DNA of 64,000 bases, taken from contig JACZUI010000007.1 in NCBI GenBank assembly GCA_022573225.1, positions 2,183 through 66,182 on the forward strand, in the 5' to 3' direction. The stretch's first letter is position 1. Every line of letters begins with the position of its first letter. The translations under genes and the position numbers were made by a program. The stretch is from Acidobacteriota bacterium. Its GTDB lineage: Bacteria > Actinomycetota > Acidimicrobiia > Spongiisociales > ZC4RG35. The notes beneath the pieces are model-generated. The model had not been told where the DNA came from. It did not search any database and saw nothing but the letters and a program-made list of their open reading frames with translations. Below, one piece after another: positions 1-9,915 of this stretch.

Positions 1-44
1 CCGGGCTTCTCGCAGCCGGTCTGTTCGACGCCGAAGCGGCAGCA

Positions 45-587
45 GTGGCCCTCAGCGCTTCCGTGTCTGCACTGGCTGTCGCAGGCATCACATGGATGCT
101 GAACAAGAGCGCTCTCGGCAATGTGATCCTCTTGTTTGCCATCATCGGATCGGCGACTTCGCTCATGGCGGTGCTCAATGACAACACGCACAGCTCCTTC
201 TATGGACTAGCCGTATGGGCCATCGGGGTCGCCTGGACGATCCTTTCCTGGGCCGGTTACACACCACCGACTCGACCCGGCATGGTGGTCGGCTCCGCCG
301 CAGCACTCGTCGGAGCCCAAATGACCGCAACTGAGCCATTCCGTCCCCATGGGCTGACGCTCGGTGTCATCACCGTGACGCTGATCCTTGTCTCGGGAGC
401 CCGACTCGGGCGGATCGGTCTGCTCATCACAGGTGCCATCGGAGTCGTTGTCTTCTCGGTGCAGGTGGCCCAGGAGATCTTCGGGGGGTCTGAGCTCGCC
501 GTGGCTGTTGCCCTCGTGGTCGTTGCGGCCCTATTGGTGATCGGAGCGGTGGCTGCATCCCGCCGCCGGAAGGTTGAGGTCCTCTGA
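45..587 (+). CDS. Integral membrane protein of unknown function. The frame stays open to the window edge, so it may be 5' truncated.
   Basis: The translation is strongly hydrophobic with several TM-like stretches and GC-rich third positions. Its stop overlaps the next start (ATGA at 587). Confidence 0.5.
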   Translation: MALSASVSALAVAGITWMLNKSALGNVILLFAIIGSATSLMAVLNDNTHSSFYGLAVWAIGVAWTILSWAGYTPPTRPGMVVGSAAALVGAQMTATEPFRPHGLTLGVITVTLILVSGARLGRIGLLITGAIGVVVFSVQVAQEIFGGSELAVAVALVVVAALLVIGAVAASRRRKVEVL

Positions 588-1360
588 TGACTAAGGCGAA
601 CAGATCTACCACGGCCGCTCTGGTGGCGGGCGGCATCGTGATTGTCGCCATCGCGGTAATCGTCATATTTGGTTTCGTACCCACCCCGGAGTACCCGCCG
701 CTGGCCGAAGAACCCGATCCGGAGCTCTCCGGGCTGATCGCGTACTCCATTCCCGAAGACTCGGACCATGCCGACGAATTCGGATCCCGGTGCGTCTACG
801 TAGTCGAGTTCCCTGAAGGGCAAGCAGACAAGATCACCTGCCGTGACGAGATCGGATGGAGCATGGCGTGGACCGATGATGGCTGGTTGATCGTTGAGAG
901 CTTCGGCCAATTCAACGAGTTCGAGCCAGGGTTCCACGATTTTGGCCTGGCGTTGATCGAGCCCGTGGAGGGCGGGGCCTTTGAGACCGTAAGTTACGCA
1001 AACGATCCCAACTTCCTCTTTTCAGACCACCGGCAGACCCGAAAGGACGGCACCCGGGTCCGCGTGGAAGAGGGCGGTACAACGGTCGTCCTCTCGTCAC
1101 CCGACGGATCTACTAGGGATCTCTTTGGCTCAGACAGCGCACCATCGAACTATCACTTCAATGAAGCACAGTGGTCGCCCGACGGCGAGTACGTGCTCGT
1201 GGTTGACACAAAAGGTCGGATCATCGTTGCCTCGGCCTCAGGAGACCCGCTTCCTCGTGTGATCGCAGAGACCGGGCAAGAGTACGAAGTCACGATGGCG
1301 TGGTATCAGCCGGGGAACGCCACCTACACGGTGGCTCGAGAAGATCTGAATAGCCAATAG
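587..1360 (+). CDS. Membrane-anchored protein with a PD40/TolB-like beta-propeller repeat
   Basis: N-terminal TM helix (AALVAGGIVIVAIAVIVIFGF). WSPDGEYVLVVD resembles the PD40 repeat signature. The start is translationally coupled to the upstream ORF. Confidence 0.5.
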   Translation: MTKANRSTTAALVAGGIVIVAIAVIVIFGFVPTPEYPPLAEEPDPELSGLIAYSIPEDSDHADEFGSRCVYVVEFPEGQADKITCRDEIGWSMAWTDDGWLIVESFGQFNEFEPGFHDFGLALIEPVEGGAFETVSYANDPNFLFSDHRQTRKDGTRVRVEEGGTTVVLSSPDGSTRDLFGSDSAPSNYHFNEAQWSPDGEYVLVVDTKGRIIVASASGDPLPRVIAETGQEYEVTMAWYQPGNATYTVAREDLNSQ

Positions 1361-1504
1361 GAAAGCTGGACATATCCGCCTCAGACCTTGAATGTGCCGG
1401 GCCTCAGCTGCATTTCGGGTGCGGCGTACAACGACGCGGGCATTGTCCTGATCAAGCCACTCACAGCAGTTGCATTGTGAGCGCATCCCCGGTTGCCGGT
1501 TGAT

Positions 1505-2845
1505 CTATGGGGGTGCTCGGCTGGTGGTGTAGGTGTGGCCGAGTGGGCTGGTGTGTTGGTGGTTGCCGTTTTCGAGTCGTTGTAGTTGCCAGCCGTGGTC
1601 TCTGAGGATGTGGTCGTGTCGGCAGACTTGGGCGAGATGGTCGGTGTTGGTTGGGCCGCCTTGGGCCCAGGGTTTGCGGTGGTCGAGGTCGCAGCGCTGT
1701 GCGGGCATACGGCATCCGGGGAAGATGCAGACCGGGTACCGGGCGCGGACCTGTCGTTTGATCGACGCGGTGGGTCTTCTCCGGGTGGTGCCGGTGGCTA
1801 CGGGCTCTCCGTTGTCGGTGACCGTATAGCTCCACCGGGAGTGGGCTTGGTCGGCGGCTACTTGACGGGCGATGTCGGCTATCACCGGGCCCATCCCGGC
1901 CAGTTCGGCGGGGTGGTCGTCTAATCCGGCGAGGGTGGTCAACTCGACGTGAATGTCCAGACTCCCGCCACTGGATCCGGTTTGGAGGTTGCGGCCTTGG
2001 AGGAGGTCGAGGTACACGTCGGCTCGGATCTGGTCGATGCTTCTGGTTTCAGCCTTGGTTTTGAGGGATCTGGCTAACTGGTTGATCCGTTGTGATGCTG
2101 CGGTGACCCGGTATATCGGGAGTTGATAGCCGAGGAGGCTGGCGGTTCCGTCGGGGTTCGCCTCCGACACCACCCGCCGTTCCTCCACTCCTTGTTGGTA
2201 ACGGGTTTTGGCGTCGTCGGGGTCGGTTTCGACGCAGAGACGGCGGATCCGAGCCGCCAACTGGCCGGTGGTCAGTTTCGCAGCCTGTTCGACCACCCGT
2301 TCCACGATCCGGCGGGCGGTTCCCTCGGGTAGATGCGAGATGCCGTAGACGATCGTTTTGGCTCGTCGCAGGTCGATGTCACCCGCGTCGAAGGCGGCCC
2401 ATAGGGTGGGGAGACGTTCTTTGAGGTCGGTGGCCAACCCAAGTTCACTGTCGGCGGCCCGTCGGGTCAGGGTCAACGCAGTACGGATCTCATCAGAAGC
2501 GAACTCGACCGCCTCATCGCTCCACCCGGATTCGGGGTCGGTGCGGTGTGACACTTCGACCATCACCGCGTACAACCGGGCCTGATCATGGGAGGTCTGA
2601 CGTTGCTGGGCACACAGAACCGCCACCAGGTCGTAACCGGACAGTTGGCAGGGGTCCAAACCTGAGAGGATGGCGGCCAGATCAGGGCCCGGTGTCATCT
2701 TCTCCAAATCCGAGGGGATCCACTCGACCTGGGGCTGGTCGACATGTTCGGCCCATTGTTGGGCGGTCAACAGCTCATATTCGACGGCGGACAGCTCCGA
2801 TTCTACGTAGGCCGCGTACTCGACCTCGGATTCTCTACCGAACAT
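1505..2845 (-). CDS. DUF222 / HNH endonuclease family protein (13E12-repeat type)
   Basis: C-terminal HNH motif CIFPGCRMPAQRCDLDHRKPWAQGGPTNTDHLAQVCRHDHILRDHGW. The long helical N-terminal region is typical of actinobacterial DUF222 proteins. Confidence 0.85.
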   Translation of the reverse strand: MFGRESEVEYAAYVESELSAVEYELLTAQQWAEHVDQPQVEWIPSDLEKMTPGPDLAAILSGLDPCQLSGYDLVAVLCAQQRQTSHDQARLYAVMVEVSHRTDPESGWSDEAVEFASDEIRTALTLTRRAADSELGLATDLKERLPTLWAAFDAGDIDLRRAKTIVYGISHLPEGTARRIVERVVEQAAKLTTGQLAARIRRLCVETDPDDAKTRYQQGVEERRVVSEANPDGTASLLGYQLPIYRVTAASQRINQLARSLKTKAETRSIDQIRADVYLDLLQGRNLQTGSSGGSLDIHVELTTLAGLDDHPAELAGMGPVIADIARQVAADQAHSRWSYTVTDNGEPVATGTTRRRPTASIKRQVRARYPVCIFPGCRMPAQRCDLDHRKPWAQGGPTNTDHLAQVCRHDHILRDHGWQLQRLENGNHQHTSPLGHTYTTSRAPP

Positions 2846-2947
2846 ACGTTCGATGGTATACGACAGTCAAACAGAATGCAAGAGGTTTGTTTGGACTGAT
2901 TAAGGGTCAGGCTGGCAGTCTGCCACCGGTAGTAGCTTGGCGACTAA

Positions 2948-3754
2948 ATGCAGGTGAGTTCGGAGCAGATCGAGGCCTTCCAGCGTGACGGCGTCGTTTG
3001 CGTGCGCGGTGTGGCTTCGACTGACGAGGTCGCACTCGTTGAAACCGGAATCGAGCGTGTGCTCGACGAGCCGAGTCCGCTGTCGATGGTTGCTTCCAAG
3101 CCGGGAGACGGCCTGTTCGTCGAAGACTTCTGCAACTGGCAACGCATACCCGAGTTCGAGCAGTTCATCACGACGTCCAGTGCCGCCGCCATCGCCGGCG
3201 GGTTGATGCAGACGAACGTTGTCCGGCTCTATCACGACCATGTCTTGGTGAAGCAGTCGCAGACCGCCCAGAAGACTCCGTGGCATCAGGATCAGCCCTA
3301 TTACAACGTTGAGGGCCGTAAGAACGTGAGCATGTGGATGCCTGTCGACCCTGTCGCCCGCGAGGCATCGTTGGATTTCGTTGCCGGCTCCCACCATGGT
3401 CCCTGGCTGATGCCGCGCAGTTTTCTCGATGGTGAATCAAAGTGGTTTCCCGCCGATTCGCTTGACGAGCTTCCTGATATCGATGGCAATCGCGACGACT
3501 ATCGAATCGTTGGCTGGGAGCTGGAGCCAGGCGACGCGGTGTTCTTTCACATGCTGACTCTCCATGCCGCGGCAGGCGTCCCGTTGCGCAGACCACGGCG
3601 AGTTCTCTCGGTTCGATTTCTGGGAGACGACATGGTGCACGCCCCGCGTCCGTGGCGGACCTCGCCTCCTTTCCCCGGGCTCGAGGACGAGTTGGCAGTG
3701 GGAGCACCGCTGGACCACCCTTTGTTCCCGATCCTCTGGGAAGCCGGCGACTGA
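2948..3754 (+). CDS. Phytanoyl-CoA dioxygenase (PhyH) family Fe(II)/2-oxoglutarate oxygenase
   Basis: N-terminal FQRDGVVCVRGV, then WHQDQPYY (the HxD iron-ligand region) and a distal His in FFHMLTLHAA. Confidence 0.75.
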   Translation: MQVSSEQIEAFQRDGVVCVRGVASTDEVALVETGIERVLDEPSPLSMVASKPGDGLFVEDFCNWQRIPEFEQFITTSSAAAIAGGLMQTNVVRLYHDHVLVKQSQTAQKTPWHQDQPYYNVEGRKNVSMWMPVDPVAREASLDFVAGSHHGPWLMPRSFLDGESKWFPADSLDELPDIDGNRDDYRIVGWELEPGDAVFFHMLTLHAAAGVPLRRPRRVLSVRFLGDDMVHAPRPWRTSPPFPGLEDELAVGAPLDHPLFPILWEAGD

Positions 3755-4001
3755 GCACACTGCGCTTTTCCGTCAACCTCCATCACTTCGTAGCTACTGA
3801 TCCCTGTTATCGTTCCCCAAGCCGCACAGGGTGGAGGCCAGCGCAAAGTCGCTTCCCCAGTGAATTGCACGGCTCAGTTTCTCACCCCGGTTGAACCGCC
3901 TCTTCGACCGACTCTCGATCCCAAAGGCGATGATCGCCGCCCGGTCGAGCGAGAGATCGGCCAATTCCACTCAACTCCCCATCCGGGGCCCAGGAGTCAT
4001 C

Positions 4002-5492
4002 ATGACGACAACGTTCGCCCATTTAGGCTTACCCGACTCGCTCGTACAAGCTCTCGCCAGGCGAGACATAGTCGAGCCCTTCCCCGTCCAGGAAGTAACA
4101 ATCCCCGACGCTCTCGCCGGTAGGGATGTGTGTGGAAAGGCACCGACCGGGTCCGGCAAAACGCTCGCCTTCGGACTCCCTCTGCTGGTCAACGTCGACA
4201 AAGCAAGCCGCAATCGACCCCGGGCGCTGATCCTGGCCCCCACGAGGGAGCTTGCCGAGCAGATCAAACAGGATCTGGCTCCGCTCGCCAAGGCAGCCGA
4301 CCGCTTTGTGTTCGCCATCTACGGAGGCGTGGGATACGGCCCCCAGAAGGCAGCCTTGCGCAAGGGCGTCGACGTATTGGTGGCCACCCCAGGACGGCTC
4401 GAAGACCTCATGGAACAACGATCCGTCGATCTGAGTCAGGTCAACATCGTTGTCATCGACGAAGCGGATCGGATGGCCGACATGGGATTCCTTCCGGCCG
4501 TGCGGCGAATCCTCGATCGCACCTCCCAACGTCGACAGACGATGCTGTTCTCGGCGACGCTCGATGGTGATATCGCGGTGCTCAGCCGCGATTACCAGCG
4601 GGATCCTGTCCGTCACGAGACGGGGACGGTGGATTCGGAAACCATCGACGCTCGGCACCACTTCTGGTTGGTAGAGCATCACGACCGTCCTCAGCACACC
4701 GCCGATGTGGTCGCCGCGACTGGTCGCTCAATCGTGTTCACACGCACTCGGCACGGTGCCGACCGCGTCGCCAGACAGCTCACCAAGCTCGGGATCGGTG
4801 CGGTTGCCATGCACGGCGGGCGTTCACAGAACCAGCGCAACCGGGCCCTCAAGGCATTCTCGACCGGTCGTGCCGAGGCTTTGATCGCCACTGACGTTGC
4901 CGCACGAGGCATCCACATCGATGCGGTCGAATCCGTGATCCACTTCGATCCCCCCGCCGACCACAAGGACTACCTTCACCGGTCGGGACGGACCGCTCGG
5001 GCCGGCGCCTCCGGGATGGTCGTCAGTCTGGTGACTGGCGAGCAGCAGAGGACCGTCCGCCGCATGCAGCGAGACCTCGATCTGCATGCACCCATCGAGG
5101 CGCCCCGTCTCGATGCGCTCCACCGAGGCGGGCACCGAATCGGTGATCCTGCTCCCGAGGGACCGAGGCGAAGTGCTTCGCCCACGCGGCCGGATGTTCG
5201 GCCCAAGAAGCCACAGCAGCGGAACGCCACCAAGGGCGGGCAGAGTGTCTATGTGGCAAACCTGCCATGGGGAGCCACCGCCCAAGACATCCAGACGCTG
5301 TTCGGACGTTATGGCGAGGTTCACGAGGCCACCATCATCACCGATCGGCGAACCGGTCGCTCCAAGGGGTTCGGTTTCGTCGACATGCCCCAGCCTGCGG
5401 CCCGCGCTGCGATCGAGGCGTTGCATGGCTCGGAGCTGGACGGTCGAGACCTCACGGTCCGCCTGGCCCGACCGAGAACCCACCACGGCTGA
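4002..5492 (+). CDS. DEAD-box ATP-dependent RNA helicase with a C-terminal RNP-type RRM domain
   Basis: Helicase motifs are present: Q motif (F..LGL), AxTGSGKT, PTRELA, DEAD (VIDEADRM), SAT, HGGRSQNQR and HRSGRTARAG. After an Arg/Pro-rich linker come RNP-2 (VYVANL) and RNP-1 (KGFGFVDM). I chose ATG 4002 because AGGAG lies 6 nt upstream. Confidence 0.9.
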   Translation: MTTTFAHLGLPDSLVQALARRDIVEPFPVQEVTIPDALAGRDVCGKAPTGSGKTLAFGLPLLVNVDKASRNRPRALILAPTRELAEQIKQDLAPLAKAADRFVFAIYGGVGYGPQKAALRKGVDVLVATPGRLEDLMEQRSVDLSQVNIVVIDEADRMADMGFLPAVRRILDRTSQRRQTMLFSATLDGDIAVLSRDYQRDPVRHETGTVDSETIDARHHFWLVEHHDRPQHTADVVAATGRSIVFTRTRHGADRVARQLTKLGIGAVAMHGGRSQNQRNRALKAFSTGRAEALIATDVAARGIHIDAVESVIHFDPPADHKDYLHRSGRTARAGASGMVVSLVTGEQQRTVRRMQRDLDLHAPIEAPRLDALHRGGHRIGDPAPEGPRRSASPTRPDVRPKKPQQRNATKGGQSVYVANLPWGATAQDIQTLFGRYGEVHEATIITDRRTGRSKGFGFVDMPQPAARAAIEALHGSELDGRDLTVRLARPRTHHG

Positions 5493-5522
5493 CGTTCTCC
5501 CAATAGCATTCGTGAACGAAAC

Positions 5523-6224
5523 GTGAGCTTTCAACTCGAAGTCCTACCCCATCGCGATTGGGCAGATTCCATCGCAGACCTGTGGGCAGAGCGTCTGTCG
5601 GATAGTCCCGGACTGACAATGTGCCTGGCCACTGGAAGCACTCCGAAACCGGTCTATCGAGCGATTGCGGGCCATGCCGATTTGTCCGGGACCAAGGTGT
5701 TCCTACTCGACGAGTTCGGCTTGGAGCCTGGTGATCCAGCTCGGTGCGATGTGATGTTGGGTGACATGCTGCTGTCCCGACTCGAGGTGCCGCCCGCTCT
5801 CGAGAAGCTCAATCCGCAGGCCGCCAATCTCGACGCCGAATGCGATCGATACTCCCAAGCCATAGCCCGTGACGGATTGAGTCTCGTCATCCTCGGCCTC
5901 GGCACCAATGGGCATCTTGGCCTCAACGAACCGGGATCGGGCTACGACTCGACCACTCGAGTGGTCGCCCTAGCTGACGAGACGATGGCCGGGCTGAGCT
6001 CCTATGGGACAACGTCAACAACCAGTTGGGGTATGACAATCGGCCTTGCGGAGATCCTTTCTTCCGACGAGGCGTGGTTATTGGTATCTGGAGAGCACAA
6101 GGCTCAGATCTTGCGGCAGACGTTGATCGGACCCGTCGATCCCAGCGTGCCCGCCAGTTTCCTCCGCATGCACAGCAATGTCATCGTCTGGGTGGACGAA
6201 GCGGCATCTTCTCAGCTCGTCTAG
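5523..6224 (+). CDS. Glucosamine-6-phosphate deaminase / 6-phosphogluconolactonase family protein
   Basis: LATGSTPKPVY and GLGTNGHLGLNEPGS motifs of the NagB/Pgl fold. GTG start. Confidence 0.7.
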   Translation: MSFQLEVLPHRDWADSIADLWAERLSDSPGLTMCLATGSTPKPVYRAIAGHADLSGTKVFLLDEFGLEPGDPARCDVMLGDMLLSRLEVPPALEKLNPQAANLDAECDRYSQAIARDGLSLVILGLGTNGHLGLNEPGSGYDSTTRVVALADETMAGLSSYGTTSTTSWGMTIGLAEILSSDEAWLLVSGEHKAQILRQTLIGPVDPSVPASFLRMHSNVIVWVDEAASSQLV

Positions 6225-6306
6225 CCGCCGGCCGAGGCGCATCAGATAGTTCTCACCGAGTTGGGCAGCTTGCTCGGCGCCATCGGTGCTGCGTTGGCCG
6301 GAGTAC

Positions 6307-7011
6307 TCAGAACTTGGTTCGCTCCCGATAGTCGTCGAGCATGGCGGCCGTCGCCGTGGCTCCGCAGCGATCCGCGCCCGCCTCGATGACGGCCAGCAGG
6401 GCGTCAAGCGTTCGGACCCCGTGTGCGGCTTTCACCTTCACCTGCGGACCTACGCTGGCTCGCATCAGACGGAGGTCGTCAAGAGTCGCTCCCGTGGGTG
6501 CATATCCAGTTGAGGTCTTGACGTAGTCACCCCCGGCGGCTTCGACCAGTCGGCAGGCGATCACCTTTTGCTCGTCACTCAGGTAGGCGTTCTCGAGGAT
6601 CACCTTGACGAGAACATTTTCCGCTGATCTCTCCACGACAGCTCTGATGTCGTCCTCCACCGCGCGGTACTCGCTGGAAAGCAGCCAACCAATATTGAGA
6701 ACCATGTCCAGCTCAACAGCTCCGTCAGTCATGGCTCGATCGGCTTCGGCGACCTTGACTTCCGTCACGCTGTCGCCATGCGGAAAGGAGATCACAGTGC
6801 CAACTGCAGTTGAGGACTGCGAGAGCTCCTTGGCGGCTCTCGAGACATCTCCTGGCCTCACGCAGACGGACACGACTCCGTACCCATCTGCCAGTTGGCA
6901 GCCGGAGACGACTTCGTCGAGGGTCAGAAATGGCTTCAAGAGAGAGTGATCAATCGATCCGGCTAGTTGTTCGTAGGAGACGTCGCGGACGGTGAGGTTT
7001 GTGGGCTTCAT
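6307..7011 (-). CDS. deoC: Deoxyribose-phosphate aldolase
   Basis: IDHSLLKP, the Schiff-base lysine context VKVILE, and YVKTSTGY. Confidence 0.9.
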   Translation of the reverse strand: MKPTNLTVRDVSYEQLAGSIDHSLLKPFLTLDEVVSGCQLADGYGVVSVCVRPGDVSRAAKELSQSSTAVGTVISFPHGDSVTEVKVAEADRAMTDGAVELDMVLNIGWLLSSEYRAVEDDIRAVVERSAENVLVKVILENAYLSDEQKVIACRLVEAAGGDYVKTSTGYAPTGATLDDLRLMRASVGPQVKVKAAHGVRTLDALLAVIEAGADRCGATATAAMLDDYRERTKF

Positions 7012-7189
7012 CCGACCGAGTGTGGCGGTCGATGTTGAAGATATCTACAAAACTTCATAGGCGCGTTCCGCTGTCGCCGACGACCGCAAACCCGTCGAAT
7101 CGACCGTCGACGGCGGTTGGTGACCTTTTCTGTGGATGGATAGCGCCACATATGGCGCCACGTACCTGAGGTAACCGGTGGAGAGGGGG

Positions 7190-8092
7190 TCAGCCGATTA
7201 GTGCGGGGAGGAGGGTGTCTTGCCCGAAAAGGAGCACAGTGCCGACGATCAGACTCAACACGGCGGTGACGGCCCCCATCGCCATATAGAGGCGGGCCCG
7301 GTTTGCCACGCGCTGGAACCCGAAGGTCGCCAGCACGGTGATCATCGTGTTGGAGAGGATGAGACCGGTCAGAAAGATGACCAGCACCAACAGCCCGGCC
7401 GACACACCACCGGCACCCGCAGCGGCCAGGAAAAGCACTACCTGGGTCGGTGTCTCTGCTCCGATTCCGTGAAGAGCGCCGACCCCAAGTGCAGATCGGC
7501 TCCCGAATTCGGCCACGTCCAACTCGTGCGTGTGGGTATGGCTATGGACAGGAGCGCGCAGAGGTCGTCCGGGCGCAGCTTCCACTGAAGGCTCCTCGGC
7601 CGACTCGTGATGAGCGTCTCCGGCTGCGGCGTGCGGGTGGTCATGCTGGACGGGAGGCCCGGACGAGCGGCTGAGCCTTGCCCGGACCGACCGGGCGAAT
7701 GCGAAGACGATCATCCACCGGCTGCGGGGACGAAATCTGCCCTTCTCCCGGATTAGTGATATCACCACAAACACTCCAAGAGCGATCAGGGTGACGCCGA
7801 CGACCCGGCCCATCAGCGCATCCACCCATGACGGAAGGGTGAGACCGACCAGGATGATCACGGTGCCAAGGGCCAGCACGACTGCGGCGTGGCCGGCTAC
7901 GTAGAGCGTGCCTAGCTTGAAACCGCGGCCCGGCTCCTCCTGCGTTGCACCGATGTCGGTGATTGCTGCGATGTGGTCCCAATCGATGCCGTGGCGCAGG
8001 CCGAGAAGAAAGGCGGCGACAACGAGACTCCATGTGAGCTGTGAGGTTGCACCCTGCGCCACTTGGGCGAACGCATCAAACATGGCGTCCAA
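7190..8092 (-). CDS. NiCoT-family nickel/cobalt transporter with a His-rich loop
   Basis: LGLRHGIDWDHIAAITD matches the NiCoT RHA-x-DADH signature. The second signature appears as HGIGAETPTQ. A central cytoplasmic loop is rich in His (HDHPHAAAGDAHHE, HSHTHTHE). Confidence 0.65.
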   Translation of the reverse strand: MDAMFDAFAQVAQGATSQLTWSLVVAAFLLGLRHGIDWDHIAAITDIGATQEEPGRGFKLGTLYVAGHAAVVLALGTVIILVGLTLPSWVDALMGRVVGVTLIALGVFVVISLIREKGRFRPRSRWMIVFAFARSVRARLSRSSGPPVQHDHPHAAAGDAHHESAEEPSVEAAPGRPLRAPVHSHTHTHELDVAEFGSRSALGVGALHGIGAETPTQVVLFLAAAGAGGVSAGLLVLVIFLTGLILSNTMITVLATFGFQRVANRARLYMAMGAVTAVLSLIVGTVLLFGQDTLLPALIG

Positions 8093-8101
8093 TGTAGTAA
8101 C

Positions 8102-9133
8102 TCATTCTCGGCGGGCCGGCGCCACATGACGGCCAACGGCGGCGGCGATGGCCCGCAGCTCGTCCATCATCGAGGCGAACCCATCCAGGGTGAGGCTCTG
8201 CTTGCCATCACTGAGAGCCGAGTCGGGATCATTGTGAACCTCCACGATGACACCGTCGGCGCCTGCCGCCACTCCGGATCTTGCCAGATGGGGGACGAGA
8301 GATCGTTCGCCGGCGGCGTGGCTCGGATCAACGATCACCGGCAGATGGGACCGCTGTTTCAAAACCGGCACGGCACTCACGTCGAAGGTGTTCCGGGTAG
8401 AGGTCTCAAAAGTTCTGATTCCCCTCTCGCAAAGGACGACATTGGGGTTTCCCGCCGAGACGACGTATTCCGCCGCCAGCAGCAGCTCTTCGACCGTCGA
8501 GGAGATCCCACGTTTGAGGAGCACCGGACGGGCCTGGGCGCCGACCTCGGACAGCAGCCTGAAGTTCTGCATGTTGCGGGCTCCGATCTGGAGCATGTCG
8601 GCGTAGCTGCCGACCAACTCGACATCCTCGGGGGCGACCACCTCGGTCACCACCGGCAGCCCGGTCTCCGCCCGCACCGAAGCGAGAAGCACGAGGCCTT
8701 CCTCGCCGAGGCCCTGAAAGCTATATGGAGAACTGCGGGGTTTGAAGGCGCCGCCCCGCAGCATCCGTGCGCCGGCGGAGGCGACGCCGCCGCCGGTGAG
8801 GCTCAACTGAGAAGCCCCCTCCACCGAGCACGGGCCGGCCATCACGACGACTTCCTCACCTCCGATGCGAACGTCCCCCACGCGCACCTCGGAGGATTCG
8901 GGGTGATGCTCCCTCGACACCTGGGGATATGGGAGCGCCACCTCTCGGATCTCGGTGACTCCCGGCATCGACGCGAGATCGTCGACCAGGGCCTGAGCCT
9001 CGGGACCGATCAGGCCGATGTGGGTCTCGTCGCCGATCTCGCTTAGGAGAAGACGGCCTCCATTCCGTTCGATGTGCCGGACCACCCTGGCCTTGTCCCG
9101 CAGAGAGCACTCCGACCCGAGCACGACGATCAT
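8102..9133 (-). CDS. 3-deoxy-7-phosphoheptulonate (DAHP) synthase, type I-beta, with an N-terminal ferredoxin-like regulatory domain
   Basis: [16 protein letters not shown] and the DPSH motif of the I-beta/KDO8PS fold. An extra N-terminal domain of about 75 aa resembles that of Thermotoga-type enzymes. The start overlaps the trpA stop by 4 nt. Confidence 0.85.
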   Translation of the reverse strand: MIVVLGSECSLRDKARVVRHIERNGGRLLLSEIGDETHIGLIGPEAQALVDDLASMPGVTEIREVALPYPQVSREHHPESSEVRVGDVRIGGEEVVVMAGPCSVEGASQLSLTGGGVASAGARMLRGGAFKPRSSPYSFQGLGEEGLVLLASVRAETGLPVVTEVVAPEDVELVGSYADMLQIGARNMQNFRLLSEVGAQARPVLLKRGISSTVEELLLAAEYVVSAGNPNVVLCERGIRTFETSTRNTFDVSAVPVLKQRSHLPVIVDPSHAAGERSLVPHLARSGVAAGADGVIVEVHNDPDSALSDGKQSLTLDGFASMMDELRAIAAAVGRHVAPARRE

Positions 9134-9915
9134 GCCGACACCGCCGCGGGTCGCAACTCCTCCAGGAACACCCCGGGGTCCTCTCCCCGGTCGATGGCCT
9201 CGATCAGCGCACTCCCCACGACCACCCCGTCCACATGCCCCGAGAGCGTCTCGACCTGGTCACGGGAGCGGACTCCGAAGCCCGCGAGCACCGGGAGCGA
9301 AGCCGCAGAGCCGACCCGATCGAGATAGGCGAGCGTCTGCGTCGGGAGGGCAGCGTCGCCTCCGGTGACACCGGTCGTGGTCACGGCATACACGAAGCCG
9401 CCGCCCGCGGATGTCAATCGGATGAGGCGATCCTCCGGGGTGGTGGGTGTCACCAGTTGCACCAGGGCGAGTCCGCGGGGCTGCAACGTCTCCAGTAGCG
9501 GACCGCTCTCGTCGATCGGGAGGTCAGGGATGATCAGCCCTGAGGTCGTTGTCTCTGTCATGGCGACTCCGAGCCGATCGAGGCCAAAGGCCAGGAAGGG
9601 GTTGTAGTAGCCCATCAGAAGGTGGGGGGCTTTCAGAGATGGAGCCATGTCGCCCAGAACCTCGAAAATCCATTCGAGGGTTACCCCGTTTTCCAGGGCG
9701 ACTCGGCTGGCTCGCTGAATGGTCAGCCCGTCGGCCATGGGGTCGGTGAACGGAACTCCGATCTCGACGACATCTGCGGTCCCGGCGACCGCGGTGAGGA
9801 TGTCGGCAAACCCATCGAGACTGGGATAGCCGGCCGTTATGTAGGCGCAGAGCGCCGTGCCCGAGGCGGCGTCGATGGCCTCGCCGATGGCGGCCGACCC
9901 GAATGACTCAGTCAT
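9130..9915 (-). CDS. trpA: Tryptophan synthase alpha chain
   Basis: [19 protein letters not shown] motif. Sits in the trp operon and overlaps its neighbours. Confidence 0.9.
   Translation of the reverse strand: MTESFGSAAIGEAIDAASGTALCAYITAGYPSLDGFADILTAVAGTADVVEIGVPFTDPMADGLTIQRASRVALENGVTLEWIFEVLGDMAPSLKAPHLLMGYYNPFLAFGLDRLGVAMTETTTSGLIIPDLPIDESGPLLETLQPRGLALVQLVTPTTPEDRLIRLTSAGGGFVYAVTTTGVTGGDAALPTQTLAYLDRVGSAASLPVLAGFGVRSRDQVETLSGHVDGVVVGSALIEAIDRGEDPGVFLEELRPAAVSA

Noticed and set aside
7150-7180. Direct repeat GCGCCAC-ATAT-GGCGCCAC and the CCGTCGACGG palindrome between deoC and the Ni/Co transporter, as possible operator sites
   Set aside because: They are short, GC-rich and expected by chance in this composition. 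There is no adjacent regulator or second copy to support a function.
8063-9046. 327-aa ORF on the + strand
   Set aside because: It lies entirely antisense to the well-supported DAHP synthase gene. The translation is Arg/Gly/His-rich with no motifs. This is a typical shadow ORF in high-GC DNA.
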